IMG/VR virus record: IMGVR_UViG_3300042197_001183
From: an uncultured virus (IMG/VR IMGVR_UViG_3300042197_001183)
Taxonomy: Duplodnaviria > Heunggongvirae > Uroviricota > Caudoviricetes
Length of the DNA: 20,000 nt
Reading direction: 5' to 3' (one strand)
Both the position numbers and the translations under genes were made by a program. Under the pieces are notes generated by a model. The model had not been told where the DNA came from. It ran no database searches and saw nothing but the letters and a program-made list of their open reading frames with translations. This document shows positions 8,705 through 18,259 of the stretch, in pieces. Each line of letters begins with the position of its first letter. Position 1 is the stretch's first letter.

Positions 8705-8707
8705 AAC

Positions 8708-9160
8708 ATGGCGGGAACATATGGTATAGATTTTCCATTTAGACAAAGTCTTAAAGGTGATTTCTTAATAATGACAGAGACACCTGAAAGAGAAATTCGT
8801 GCAAATTTAATACATCTTCTTTTAACGAGAAAGGGTACTAGATATTATTTACCTGATTTTGGAACTAGATTGTTTGAATTTATTTTTGAACCAAACGATG
8901 CCATTACGTGGGGACAAATAGAAGATGAAATAAGAACATCAGTAAGACAATTTATACCTAATTTAGAAATTAAATCTATAAGGGTAACCGCTGCGGACCA
9001 AGACGAGGAAGAACCAACTAGTCCCCAAGAAGACGAAGATTCTAGATTATTTAGAGTTTCGGACTATTCAACTAAACCATACACCGCTAAGGTTAGGGTA
9101 GATTATGATATTAATAATGAACCATTTGTCTCTTCTGACTTTATAATTATAAACATTTAA
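8708..9160 (+). CDS. baseplate wedge protein, T4 gp25 / GPW family, 150 aa
   Basis: GIDFPF...IRANLIHLLLTRKGTRYYLPDFGTRLFEFIFEP...IEDEIRTSVRQFIP matches the gp25 pattern; adjacent to a gp6-like gene. Confidence 0.88.
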   Translation: MAGTYGIDFPFRQSLKGDFLIMTETPEREIRANLIHLLLTRKGTRYYLPDFGTRLFEFIFEPNDAITWGQIEDEIRTSVRQFIPNLEIKSIRVTAADQDEEEPTSPQEDEDSRLFRVSDYSTKPYTAKVRVDYDINNEPFVSSDFIIINI

Positions 9161-9161
9161 T

Positions 9162-10994
9162 ATGAGTAAAAAAATATCATACGCAGTTAGGGATTTTGCC
9201 GGTTTGAGGCAAGAATTAGTTAATTTAACAAGAGAGTACTATCCTGATTTAATTAAAAACACAAATGACGCATCTATTTTTTCTGTTCTTTTAGATTTAA
9301 ATGCGGCTGTTGCTGATAATTTACATTTTCATATTGATAGAGTTTGGCAAGAAACAATTTTGGATTTTGCTCAACAAAGAAACTCTCTTTACCATATCGC
9401 GAAAACATATGGTTTAAAAATACCAGGAAATAGACCATCCGTTGCGTTATGTGATTTTACTATTCAAGTACCTGTAAGGGGAGACAAAGAGGACACTAGA
9501 TATTTGGGTACAATTAAGACAGGTGCACAAATATCTGGCGGTGGTCAAATATTTGAAACGATTGAAGATATAGATTTTTCCAATCCTTTTAATGATAGGG
9601 GTGAACCTAACAGATTAAAGATACCAAATTTTGATGGGAATAATAGATTAATATCATATTCAATTGTCAAGAGAGAAGCGGTTATAAATGGTGTTACAAG
9701 AATATATAGACGAGTAATAACAGAACAAGACCAAAAACCATTTTTAAAAATTTTTCTTCCCGAACAAAATATTTTAGGTGTATCGTCGATTATACACAAA
9801 GAAGGAACAAGTTTTGCGGGTAACCCAACCGAATCCGAGTTTTTGACATCATCAAATAAATGGTACGAAGTTAAAACACTAATGCAAAATAAAGTTTTTA
9901 TACCTGACGCAACAACGGCTTCGGACTCTGAAAACTTTCTCTCTGGTACATACCTTTCTGTTTCAAACAAATTTATAACAGAATATACACCTGAAAATTA
10001 TTTTTCAATAACTTTTGGTTCGGGTAATGTGAACCCAATGGATAATTTAGATGACTACAATACGGGTAACCTAAAAGTAAACTTGGGGGTATATCTTAAC
10101 AACACTTCTTTGGGTGCGTTACCTAAATCAAACACAACTTTATTTGTGAAATACAGAATTGGTGGTGGTAGAGATAGTAATTTAGGTATCAATATTATAA
10201 CAAGTGTTGATGATGTCGATTTTGTTATTAATGGACCAAACACAACCACAAACACCCAAGTTCAAAATTCATTAACAGTAACTAATGTAACACCCGCAAT
10301 TGGTGGTGCTGACCAACCTACAATTGAAGAAATAAGAAATATGATTTCATATAATTTTGCGGCACAAAATAGGGCGGTTACATTAAATGATTATAAATCA
10401 ATGATTGAAACGATGCCATCAATATACGGAGCACCTGCGAAAGTTAATGTGATGGAAGAAGATAATAAGATAAAAGTTAAATTATTGTCATATGACGAAA
10501 ATGGTAGTTTAATTGACACAGTTTCAACGACATTAAAAAACAATATTATAAATTATTTGTCAGAGTATAGAATGATAAATGATTTTTTAGAAATTGAAAG
10601 TGGTGAAGTTGTCGATTTTTCTTTGGAAATAGATGTTGTGGTTGATAAAAACGGAAATCAAACAGATATAGTAAGGACAATAATTCAAGACACCATCGAT
10701 TATTTTTCAATTGACAAAAGAAAAATGGGTGACCCTCTTTTTGTTGGGGATTTGTATAGAATAATTGGTGAAGTTGCTGGTGTTGTAAATGCTATTGATG
10801 TTAGAGTTTTTAACAACATAGGTGGAGAATATTCATCATCTGAAGTTGCACAATCTTATGTTAATGAATCCACAAAAGAGATATCACAATCGGATATGAC
10901 GATATACATGAAGTCTAATCAAATATATCAAATTAGGTTTCCTGAAAAAGATATTAAGGTTAGAGTTAAAACGCTAGGGACAACCACATTTTAA
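9162..10994 (+). CDS. baseplate wedge protein, T4 gp6 / baseplate J-like, 610 aa
   Basis: RDFAGLRQEL, LDFAQQRNSLYHIAKTYG, ITFGSG, VKYRIGGG, GGADQPTIEEIR...AQNRAVTLNDY. Confidence 0.87.
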   Translation: MSKKISYAVRDFAGLRQELVNLTREYYPDLIKNTNDASIFSVLLDLNAAVADNLHFHIDRVWQETILDFAQQRNSLYHIAKTYGLKIPGNRPSVALCDFTIQVPVRGDKEDTRYLGTIKTGAQISGGGQIFETIEDIDFSNPFNDRGEPNRLKIPNFDGNNRLISYSIVKREAVINGVTRIYRRVITEQDQKPFLKIFLPEQNILGVSSIIHKEGTSFAGNPTESEFLTSSNKWYEVKTLMQNKVFIPDATTASDSENFLSGTYLSVSNKFITEYTPENYFSITFGSGNVNPMDNLDDYNTGNLKVNLGVYLNNTSLGALPKSNTTLFVKYRIGGGRDSNLGINIITSVDDVDFVINGPNTTTNTQVQNSLTVTNVTPAIGGADQPTIEEIRNMISYNFAAQNRAVTLNDYKSMIETMPSIYGAPAKVNVMEEDNKIKVKLLSYDENGSLIDTVSTTLKNNIINYLSEYRMINDFLEIESGEVVDFSLEIDVVVDKNGNQTDIVRTIIQDTIDYFSIDKRKMGDPLFVGDLYRIIGEVAGVVNAIDVRVFNNIGGEYSSSEVAQSYVNESTKEISQSDMTIYMKSNQIYQIRFPEKDIKVRVKTLGTTTF

Positions 10995-11030
10995 ATTGGA
11001 TTTATTTTAGGTAGAAAATTGTTTATTTTC

Positions 11031-11038
11031 TATTTATA
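11031..11038 (+). promoter_or_regulatory. TATTTATA motif, putative phage late promoter
   Basis: In the 49-nt gap, 5 nt before the ATG at 11044. Confidence 0.5.
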
Positions 11039-11043
11039 TAGAA

Positions 11044-14000
11044 ATGCAAAAACATAGAATATCCACAAATATTGGAAGAGACCAAAAGGTGGTTGTTGAA
11101 TTAAAAAACGATTTTGACCTTTTAGAGATTCTGTCTTTAAAATTTACTCAAACAGAAGCATACACTTCTATGTGTTCTGACTACGGAGTTGTTTGTGGTA
11201 GAATATTTGTAAACAATGGTTTTGGTATTCCAAATGCGAGAGTTTCTATTTTTATCCCCATTTCTGATGATGATGTAAATGACCCAGTAATATCTTCATT
11301 ATACCCATATACATCGATAAACGATAGAAATGAAGAAGGTTATAGATATAATTTACTCCCAAGTAGACAACAACACGGGGGTCATGAACCAACAGGAACA
11401 TTTCCTGACCAATTGGATATTTTAACAAGAGAAGAAATTTTAGAGGTATATGAAAAATATTATAAATACACCGCAAAAACAAATGATGCTGGTGATTTTA
11501 TGATATGGGGGGTACCTGTTGGTACACAAATTGTACATGTTGATGTTGATTTATCGGATATCGGTTGTTTTTCCTTAAGACCCGATGATTTTATTAGACA
11601 AGGTAAGGGTGTTGATAATTTTAAAAATACATATTCATATAAATCATCTGAAGACTTAGATTCATTACCTCAGATAATATCTTTTAATCAAACGATTGAA
11701 GTTTATCCTTTTTGGGGAAATGAAGATTTATGTGAAATTGGGATAACAAGAACCGATTTTGATTTATCAAGTCAAGGTGTAAAAATTGAACCCAAAGCGT
11801 ATTTATTGGGTTCAATTTATTCCGACCAAGGTAAAAATACTTTAAACAAAAATTGTCTACCAAGAAGTGCTATGGGTAGAAAGTGTGATTTAACAACTTT
11901 TGCCGCAGAGATTGAAATGATAAGATTCACTTCTTCAAAAGATTCATTGGGTAGACCAATATTAGAAACGTATCAAATAGAAGAAGACGTAGACGAAGAC
12001 GGTTCGTTTGTGATTCCGTTACCCATGAACATGGAATATCAGTACACAAACGAATTTGGTGAAACAGAAATTACAAATGACCCAAATAAGGGTATACCAA
12101 CGTCAGCGTGTTATAGATTTAGAATTTCAGGTAAAAACAATACACTAGGTAGAGTTAGATTTACCGGTAGTTATTTATTACCAAATATACGAGAATATAA
12201 TTCTGATGTTGATGGTTCATACGCGTTCTCTTTAGATTGGAACGATTACCCAACTGATTCCACAACTAATTCTGTAATTTTTAATCAGACATATGGTAGT
12301 TATTACCCTGAAGATTATTTTTTTAGATTCACATACAATAAAGTGTACACGGTAAGTTCGTACATGGGTAGTCACTTTAAAGGCGGTAAAGGCAATTATA
12401 TTGGTATAAAAGACATATCACCAAAAGAAGAAGAGGATTGTGAATCAAGTATAGTTACACCACCAATTAATTACGGGTGGAGACGATTTAGTTTTTCCAT
12501 TTTACTGGCAACTGTAATTAGTATATTCGAAAGAATAATATACGGGGCATTTATTGGGGCGATACAGGTATTAATATTACCATTTCAGTTTCTCATCGAT
12601 AATGGTAGAATATTTATTAGTGCGTTTGGGATAACCCTTATTGATTGGAATCCATTTTTGCGTTTTGATTCATTGGTTATTGAACCGTTGCAAAGATTTG
12701 GAACGGTTAATTTATCAATTGTTGTTTATCCTGAGTGTGAAACTTGTGAAGATTTTTCGAGTGAACAGGTGTTAATTCCCAGTGAAAGACCTGATGAACT
12801 TTATTGTAAAGTTGGAGAAGGAACCGCTGTTAGAGACACTTTAGATATTTATGGTTCACCACATATACCGATATGTGACCCTAATAATACAATTGATGAG
12901 TTTATTATGTTGTCATCTGGTTCAACTTTAGCCTCATATAATTTTACCGGATTAACATGTGGTGGCAATACTGTGGGGCAATCGTTGAATTTCATATACA
13001 ATACCTCTAATTTACCAATTAGTGGTAGAACATATTATATAGTTTTAAAACAGTATTTACCACATGGAAGTGCAGATTCTTGGGAAATTAGTAGATTAAA
13101 TACTTTAGAAACAGACACATATGCACAATTAACCATTGACCAATTTTCTTGCTCGCCACCTAACAGTGGGTATGTTGGAACAATTAATAATAATTTTGGA
13201 TGGTTAGTCTATCGATTGGGTAATGATGGTATACTCCCCCAATATGACTATCCATGTCCATGTCCTAATGACGATTGTTTTGATGGTCGATGGTGTATTA
13301 GTGATAATTATTTATTACCCTTTTCACAACCGGCTTGCGCGTCTGGTCAAACCCATAATGGAACTTGTGATTGTAGCGACATAAATTCTCTTGCTCCTAC
13401 TACTACAAGTATTACGTTTACCGATGCTATTTGTGCAACAATATATGATTATGTTTTATTTTATCACTCTAGTATAAAAGATTGTGATGGAACATCAGTT
13501 GAGACAATACTTGATGACCCTAGCACTATGATATTATCATCAGGAGATTACTCAAATGTAGTAACAAAAAGCGCTGGAACAATATCTAAAGGATTATCCT
13601 ATATGGTTGCCTTTTATTATTCAATACCTTCTGGTTACACCGCGTTATCTAATGTGAGAATGTCTATTGGTGACGCATCAATAGGTGAATGTTCCTATGG
13701 TGTTTATGATATACCAACACCGGTAAACAATAAATGGTATGTGTTACGTGTTGATATATCTGACATCGAGGCCTACGGTAATTTAACATCTTATATTTCA
13801 ACATCAAGCTGTATGAATTATGCTATAGGTTGTTCTGGACCATCGTCAGCAACCAATTCTTGTTGTTATAGTTCAATAAGTGGTGATAGTGTTGGTAATT
13901 CATCTATAAGAGATTTTCAATGGACAGGGTTTACTTACGAAATATATGATTCTTCTCTTAAATTGTCTCAACAAGTTTTAACAGGTTCAACCGGTGATTT

Positions 14001-15675
14001 ATCTTTAGGTTGTAACACACAGAATACAATATACGATGAAACACTTGTGCAACAAACGTATTGTGCCTCAAATATTAATGCTGATTATAATGACACAGGT
14101 TTAGTAACGGTTCAAAACGGAACATCGTGCACAAATCTATTACCTGTTGGACAAATATCATATAACACAAATAATAACCCTTGTTCAACTTGTAGTACTA
14201 GAAGTGGGTTTTCAGAATTTAGAAGGGGAACGTATACCATTATTCCCGCAGCTGCAACATCAAATTGGTTATACAATTTTAAATTGATAAGAGAATACGC
14301 CAGAAGAAAATTAGTTAATAAAGTTTTTTGTGAAGGGGTTGTAAATTATTCATTTATTGAAAATTGGTTAGCGGGTTCACTTTATTTATTTGCTTTTAAA
14401 GGTAGAGTTAGATGGGATAATGAGGAAAATTTAGTTTTAAATGTCAGAGGGACAAATTATTGTGAAGATTTGTTGTATTATAAAGTAAGTGAAAAATCAT
14501 CAGGTGACCCCGTTAAAAGATTTTACTATAGGTCAACAAAATGGAATGGTTCATCCTTTCAGTCAACACAAAATAATGGTGGAACAACGTTTAGTACCCT
14601 AAGACACCCAACTACAATTATGGATTTAGGACCAAGGGATGAATTTATAAAAGAAATATGTATTGACCCATCTTTGGACCCTAATTGTTCAGTCGTTAGG
14701 AATATTGGACCAACGTCTTTTCAAAACTTCAAAGAAATTTTTGGACTATATATTAACTATAGACTAGATACCAATAGTACATTTGAATATAGAGATTTTT
14801 TTCAAAACAACGGATTTAATTCGTATTTTCCATTTTTAATAGCAATGGGGCTAATTAATACAACAAAAGAAATATTAAATGGTGATATATTACAACTTAT
14901 ATCTATAAATAGTGAAGCTGGTGTAGAAGAATTTGATTTACAGAATAGATATTACGGACAATATAGTCCATTAATTATAGACCCAGACACATATTCTCAA
15001 TTATTTAGTTCACAAGCAGGAACACCAAATGGACCCATACCAATAAATTTCGTACTGGATGATGATGGATATAGGGTAAGAGTTTGTTTAAATGAACCAG
15101 GAAGATTAACTGAGTCATCTCAAATTGTTCCATTTTTTTATTGGGACAAACAAGGAGAGGGTTTTGGTGAAGGATATAATCAATCATGGGATTATAATAC
15201 TATAAGAACACATAGATTACAAGGAATGACATTTAATTATGCTTTTATAGGTGACACAACATATAACTATGTGTTATTTCCGATGACGAAAACATATTCG
15301 GGAAATACTTTTGACATTGTTGGTGCTGATGTAAACGACGGTTCATTTGACGTTGAGGACACAACCGATGTTCATTTACAATACAATAACCAAGAAGAAG
15401 GATTTACAGTTTTACACATTACTTCGGGGTCTACGTCTAATCCAATTGCGGGAATATTATGGATTAGAAAAGGTGATACGGGTGTATGGGATTCACAATC
15501 ATGGAACAACAATATTGATTATATATTAAAACCAACATTAAAAAATTACACAGGTGATTTACAAATATTATCGACACCATTTTTATTTTATTTTGGAATT
15601 CGACCAGGTAAAACCGCAGTGGATAAATTTGTCCAATTGTTTGGACCTAAAGACGCGTTTCCAACAGTTGAATAA
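11044..15675 (+). CDS. large putative virion (baseplate/tail-associated) protein, 1543 aa
   Basis: Follows the baseplate genes. The N-terminus resembles a carboxypeptidase-regulatory/transthyretin-like beta sandwich (GRIFVNNGFGIPNARVSI...KTNDAGDFMIWGVPVG); then a hydrophobic segment at aa ~482-535 and a Cys/Ser/Thr-rich middle. Function is inferred from context. Confidence 0.7.
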   Translation: MQKHRISTNIGRDQKVVVELKNDFDLLEILSLKFTQTEAYTSMCSDYGVVCGRIFVNNGFGIPNARVSIFIPISDDDVNDPVISSLYPYTSINDRNEEGYRYNLLPSRQQHGGHEPTGTFPDQLDILTREEILEVYEKYYKYTAKTNDAGDFMIWGVPVGTQIVHVDVDLSDIGCFSLRPDDFIRQGKGVDNFKNTYSYKSSEDLDSLPQIISFNQTIEVYPFWGNEDLCEIGITRTDFDLSSQGVKIEPKAYLLGSIYSDQGKNTLNKNCLPRSAMGRKCDLTTFAAEIEMIRFTSSKDSLGRPILETYQIEEDVDEDGSFVIPLPMNMEYQYTNEFGETEITNDPNKGIPTSACYRFRISGKNNTLGRVRFTGSYLLPNIREYNSDVDGSYAFSLDWNDYPTDSTTNSVIFNQTYGSYYPEDYFFRFTYNKVYTVSSYMGSHFKGGKGNYIGIKDISPKEEEDCESSIVTPPINYGWRRFSFSILLATVISIFERIIYGAFIGAIQVLILPFQFLIDNGRIFISAFGITLIDWNPFLRFDSLVIEPLQRFGTVNLSIVVYPECETCEDFSSEQVLIPSERPDELYCKVGEGTAVRDTLDIYGSPHIPICDPNNTIDEFIMLSSGSTLASYNFTGLTCGGNTVGQSLNFIYNTSNLPISGRTYYIVLKQYLPHGSADSWEISRLNTLETDTYAQLTIDQFSCSPPNSGYVGTINNNFGWLVYRLGNDGILPQYDYPCPCPNDDCFDGRWCISDNYLLPFSQPACASGQTHNGTCDCSDINSLAPTTTSITFTDAICATIYDYVLFYHSSIKDCDGTSVETILDDPSTMILSSGDYSNVVTKSAGTISKGLSYMVAFYYSIPSGYTALSNVRMSIGDASIGECSYGVYDIPTPVNNKWYVLRVDISDIEAYGNLTSYISTSSCMNYAIGCSGPSSATNSCCYSSISGDSVGNSSIRDFQWTGFTYEIYDSSLKLSQQVLTGSTGDLSLGCNTQNTIYDETLVQQTYCASNINADYNDTGLVTVQNGTSCTNLLPVGQISYNTNNNPCSTCSTRSGFSEFRRGTYTIIPAAATSNWLYNFKLIREYARRKLVNKVFCEGVVNYSFIENWLAGSLYLFAFKGRVRWDNEENLVLNVRGTNYCEDLLYYKVSEKSSGDPVKRFYYRSTKWNGSSFQSTQNNGGTTFSTLRHPTTIMDLGPRDEFIKEICIDPSLDPNCSVVRNIGPTSFQNFKEIFGLYINYRLDTNSTFEYRDFFQNNGFNSYFPFLIAMGLINTTKEILNGDILQLISINSEAGVEEFDLQNRYYGQYSPLIIDPDTYSQLFSSQAGTPNGPIPINFVLDDDGYRVRVCLNEPGRLTESSQIVPFFYWDKQGEGFGEGYNQSWDYNTIRTHRLQGMTFNYAFIGDTTYNYVLFPMTKTYSGNTFDIVGADVNDGSFDVEDTTDVHLQYNNQEEGFTVLHITSGSTSNPIAGILWIRKGDTGVWDSQSWNNNIDYILKPTLKNYTGDLQILSTPFLFYFGIRPGKTAVDKFVQLFGPKDAFPTVE

Positions 15676-17435
15676 TGGATAAGAAAAAAATAATATTACC
15701 ATCTAAAAAATTTTTTGGTTCAACAAATATAGACCAAAATATTAGAATTGGTTTGGATGAAAGTCGAAACTTATTAAGAGAGGGTGACAGAAATGTTATA
15801 TTAAATAATGTTGAGTTATTTAATAAAGAAAGAAACGAAAGTAATAGTTACAAAATTCATGGAAAAATAAAAATGGTTTTCAGGAATTTATATAGTGGTA
15901 ACACTGATTATGAACCACTTTTGGAAAAACTTTATTTAGTTGGTGATGGTGGAGACAATAATTTTAATGGATTTATACCATATGATGAATTCGCTTTTCT
16001 CAGAAAAGATGTTATAAGACAATCTAATTCAATACAAACACTATCTTCAATAACCACATACACCCCTTCAATATCTTATAGTGGTGAATCAAAACACGTT
16101 TCGATATCTAGTATAATGGCACCATATCACAATTGGAACATTCACTTATCCTATGTTTATGACCATGACACAAACTACCCAATGAAATATACTTTAAGTG
16201 GTAATACTGCATTTAGTTTTGTGTCAGGAGACGGGATACCTTTTAGAGTTCAAGATAATGGTAGAACATATAAATTAACTAGTCCTGTTGAACACGGAAT
16301 ATCCGCTGGTGAATATATCACAATAAGTGGTGGCACATTAAACAATTCAATTGCTGCAAGTGGAAGAACATTTTCTGTTGTTTCTGTTGGTGATTCTATT
16401 TTTAGGTCTGAAAAATTTGTGTTGGATATATCAAAATCAGAATTACCATCGGGTACCACTTTATCAACTGTGGTATTTGGTAAAAGATGTATTGATAAAA
16501 ATAATTTAACAGGAACCACTTCAACTTACTATGTTCATAAACATAAAACACTAACAGAGAAAAGCGATTATATTTTGGACAAAGTAGGGTTCGAATCACC
16601 AATTTGGGAAAATGAAAGAAAACTTCTATTAGAAAATAGTGCGGGTGTTAGTGATTATTTAGTGGAAAGAAATATGATGGAATCTTTAGTTTATGATTTT
16701 AAAGAACCATTTGTATTAACCGGTTTAACCAATAATTTAAAATATCTACCTACTGAAATTTATGTAACCACTTTGTTATCAAATAGAAACGGATATTTTG
16801 ATTACCCACCAAAAGTGGGTTGGAAATTTAATTTCCATGATACATGGGTGGACCAACATTTTGATGGTTCAAGTAGTGTTGAAACCTCTATTCCAACTAC
16901 TGCTTTTACAACAACAATAAGTGGTGTAACTTATAGTTTTACAGGTGGTACAGATGTACCAGTGGGTACTATATTACATGGTGCCTTTGTTGAATATAAT
17001 TTATCAGAATTAAAAGAAAGGATTATTAGTGAGGCATATCATAGATTTTCGAATCCATTATTTGTTTTTGATTATGGTCAAACAGGCTCAACTGTGACTT
17101 TCTCTGGTGCATCGGCCACGAATAAATTTGGTTTATTTTATCAACCACACCATAGAATTAAATTAAGACAATTGTCACCATATATTGAAACATCAACAAC
17201 CAATCAAATTTATGGGTTACCTCAAAATGCGAAATATTTTGAAAACGATGGTTTATGGAAATGGAGAGATTTATATGACCATGGGTTTATTGATTCGGAT
17301 GGTTTTGGTACAAATTTTTCATTTATTAATGGTATTCATTATGTAAAAAATAATATTGATTTCTATTTAAGAAATGAGAACATATATAGAAACAAACAAG
17401 ATTTAGTTAAAAATATAGAAAGTTTTAAGTGTTAA
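15675..17435 (+). CDS. putative virion structural protein, 586 aa
   Basis: TAATG overlap with the previous gene; Ser/Thr/Gly-rich, beta-type composition; structural-module context. Confidence 0.65.
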   Translation: MDKKKIILPSKKFFGSTNIDQNIRIGLDESRNLLREGDRNVILNNVELFNKERNESNSYKIHGKIKMVFRNLYSGNTDYEPLLEKLYLVGDGGDNNFNGFIPYDEFAFLRKDVIRQSNSIQTLSSITTYTPSISYSGESKHVSISSIMAPYHNWNIHLSYVYDHDTNYPMKYTLSGNTAFSFVSGDGIPFRVQDNGRTYKLTSPVEHGISAGEYITISGGTLNNSIAASGRTFSVVSVGDSIFRSEKFVLDISKSELPSGTTLSTVVFGKRCIDKNNLTGTTSTYYVHKHKTLTEKSDYILDKVGFESPIWENERKLLLENSAGVSDYLVERNMMESLVYDFKEPFVLTGLTNNLKYLPTEIYVTTLLSNRNGYFDYPPKVGWKFNFHDTWVDQHFDGSSSVETSIPTTAFTTTISGVTYSFTGGTDVPVGTILHGAFVEYNLSELKERIISEAYHRFSNPLFVFDYGQTGSTVTFSGASATNKFGLFYQPHHRIKLRQLSPYIETSTTNQIYGLPQNAKYFENDGLWKWRDLYDHGFIDSDGFGTNFSFINGIHYVKNNIDFYLRNENIYRNKQDLVKNIESFKC

Positions 17436-18259
17436 TGAAAATTTTAGTAAAAGATACTGACCAAAAAATAATTTTATCGTCAAATCAAACATTTAAAACA
17501 GATTTGGGGTGGACTGATAGTGCACAACAAATGGAACAAGAAATATTGTACGATATTATAAACCCAACTGAAAATTACGAAACAACTAGATATATTCATT
17601 CACCATACTCTGTAACATCAACTAGCGGGACAACTTTTACACAAACAGATATATGGTATAATTTTTATTTTTTAAACAATGCCGGTGTTTATAACCAAAA
17701 TTATGAATCTGTTGATATAACATTAAGAGAAAATGCTAAAATGTTAAAACAATCAACTAAAAGTTTTTTTCGGTTGGAATTTTATAAAACATCAAATGAC
17801 GATTCACCAAATCAAACAAATAGAAGATTGGTTTTTTCAAAAAATTTAATACTTCCATTAGGTGAAAAAGTTTATTTTACAGGAACCCCATCGGGTTCAA
17901 CATTGCCTTTAAATGATTTTGTTTTTCTACCCGTCTTTACGGGTTCAAATTATAGAAACACTGAAAATATGTATTTCTTTTGGTTTTTAGATGACACACC
18001 ATTTAGTGAAACGAACATCACAGGAAATACTTTTTATATGACCGCAAAATTTTATAACGCTAAAGATGGTACGATTATCGATTTTGTAAATAAACAAAAA
18101 TCTGTTGGTCAAGAAATCATAGAGGAACAGGATATCTATTATAAAGTAATTATTGATAGGTCCGATTATTCTTATATTGTTTATCAATACAATGGTTCAT
18201 TGGGCTCAAGGAATGGAGTACTTAATTCTCCAATAAATTTTTATGAAAGAAGACAATAA
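17435..18259 (+). CDS. putative virion structural protein, 274 aa
   Basis: ATG at 17435 overlaps the upstream TAA (TAATG) like its neighbours, so it is preferred over the GTG at 17429 in the ORF track. Confidence 0.65.
   Translation: MKILVKDTDQKIILSSNQTFKTDLGWTDSAQQMEQEILYDIINPTENYETTRYIHSPYSVTSTSGTTFTQTDIWYNFYFLNNAGVYNQNYESVDITLRENAKMLKQSTKSFFRLEFYKTSNDDSPNQTNRRLVFSKNLILPLGEKVYFTGTPSGSTLPLNDFVFLPVFTGSNYRNTENMYFFWFLDDTPFSETNITGNTFYMTAKFYNAKDGTIIDFVNKQKSVGQEIIEEQDIYYKVIIDRSDYSYIVYQYNGSLGSRNGVLNSPINFYERRQ

Noticed and set aside
17429..17434. GTG start at 17429 given in the ORF track
   Set aside because: ATG at 17435 gives the same TAATG coupling seen at 15675 and 18259 and is more plausible.
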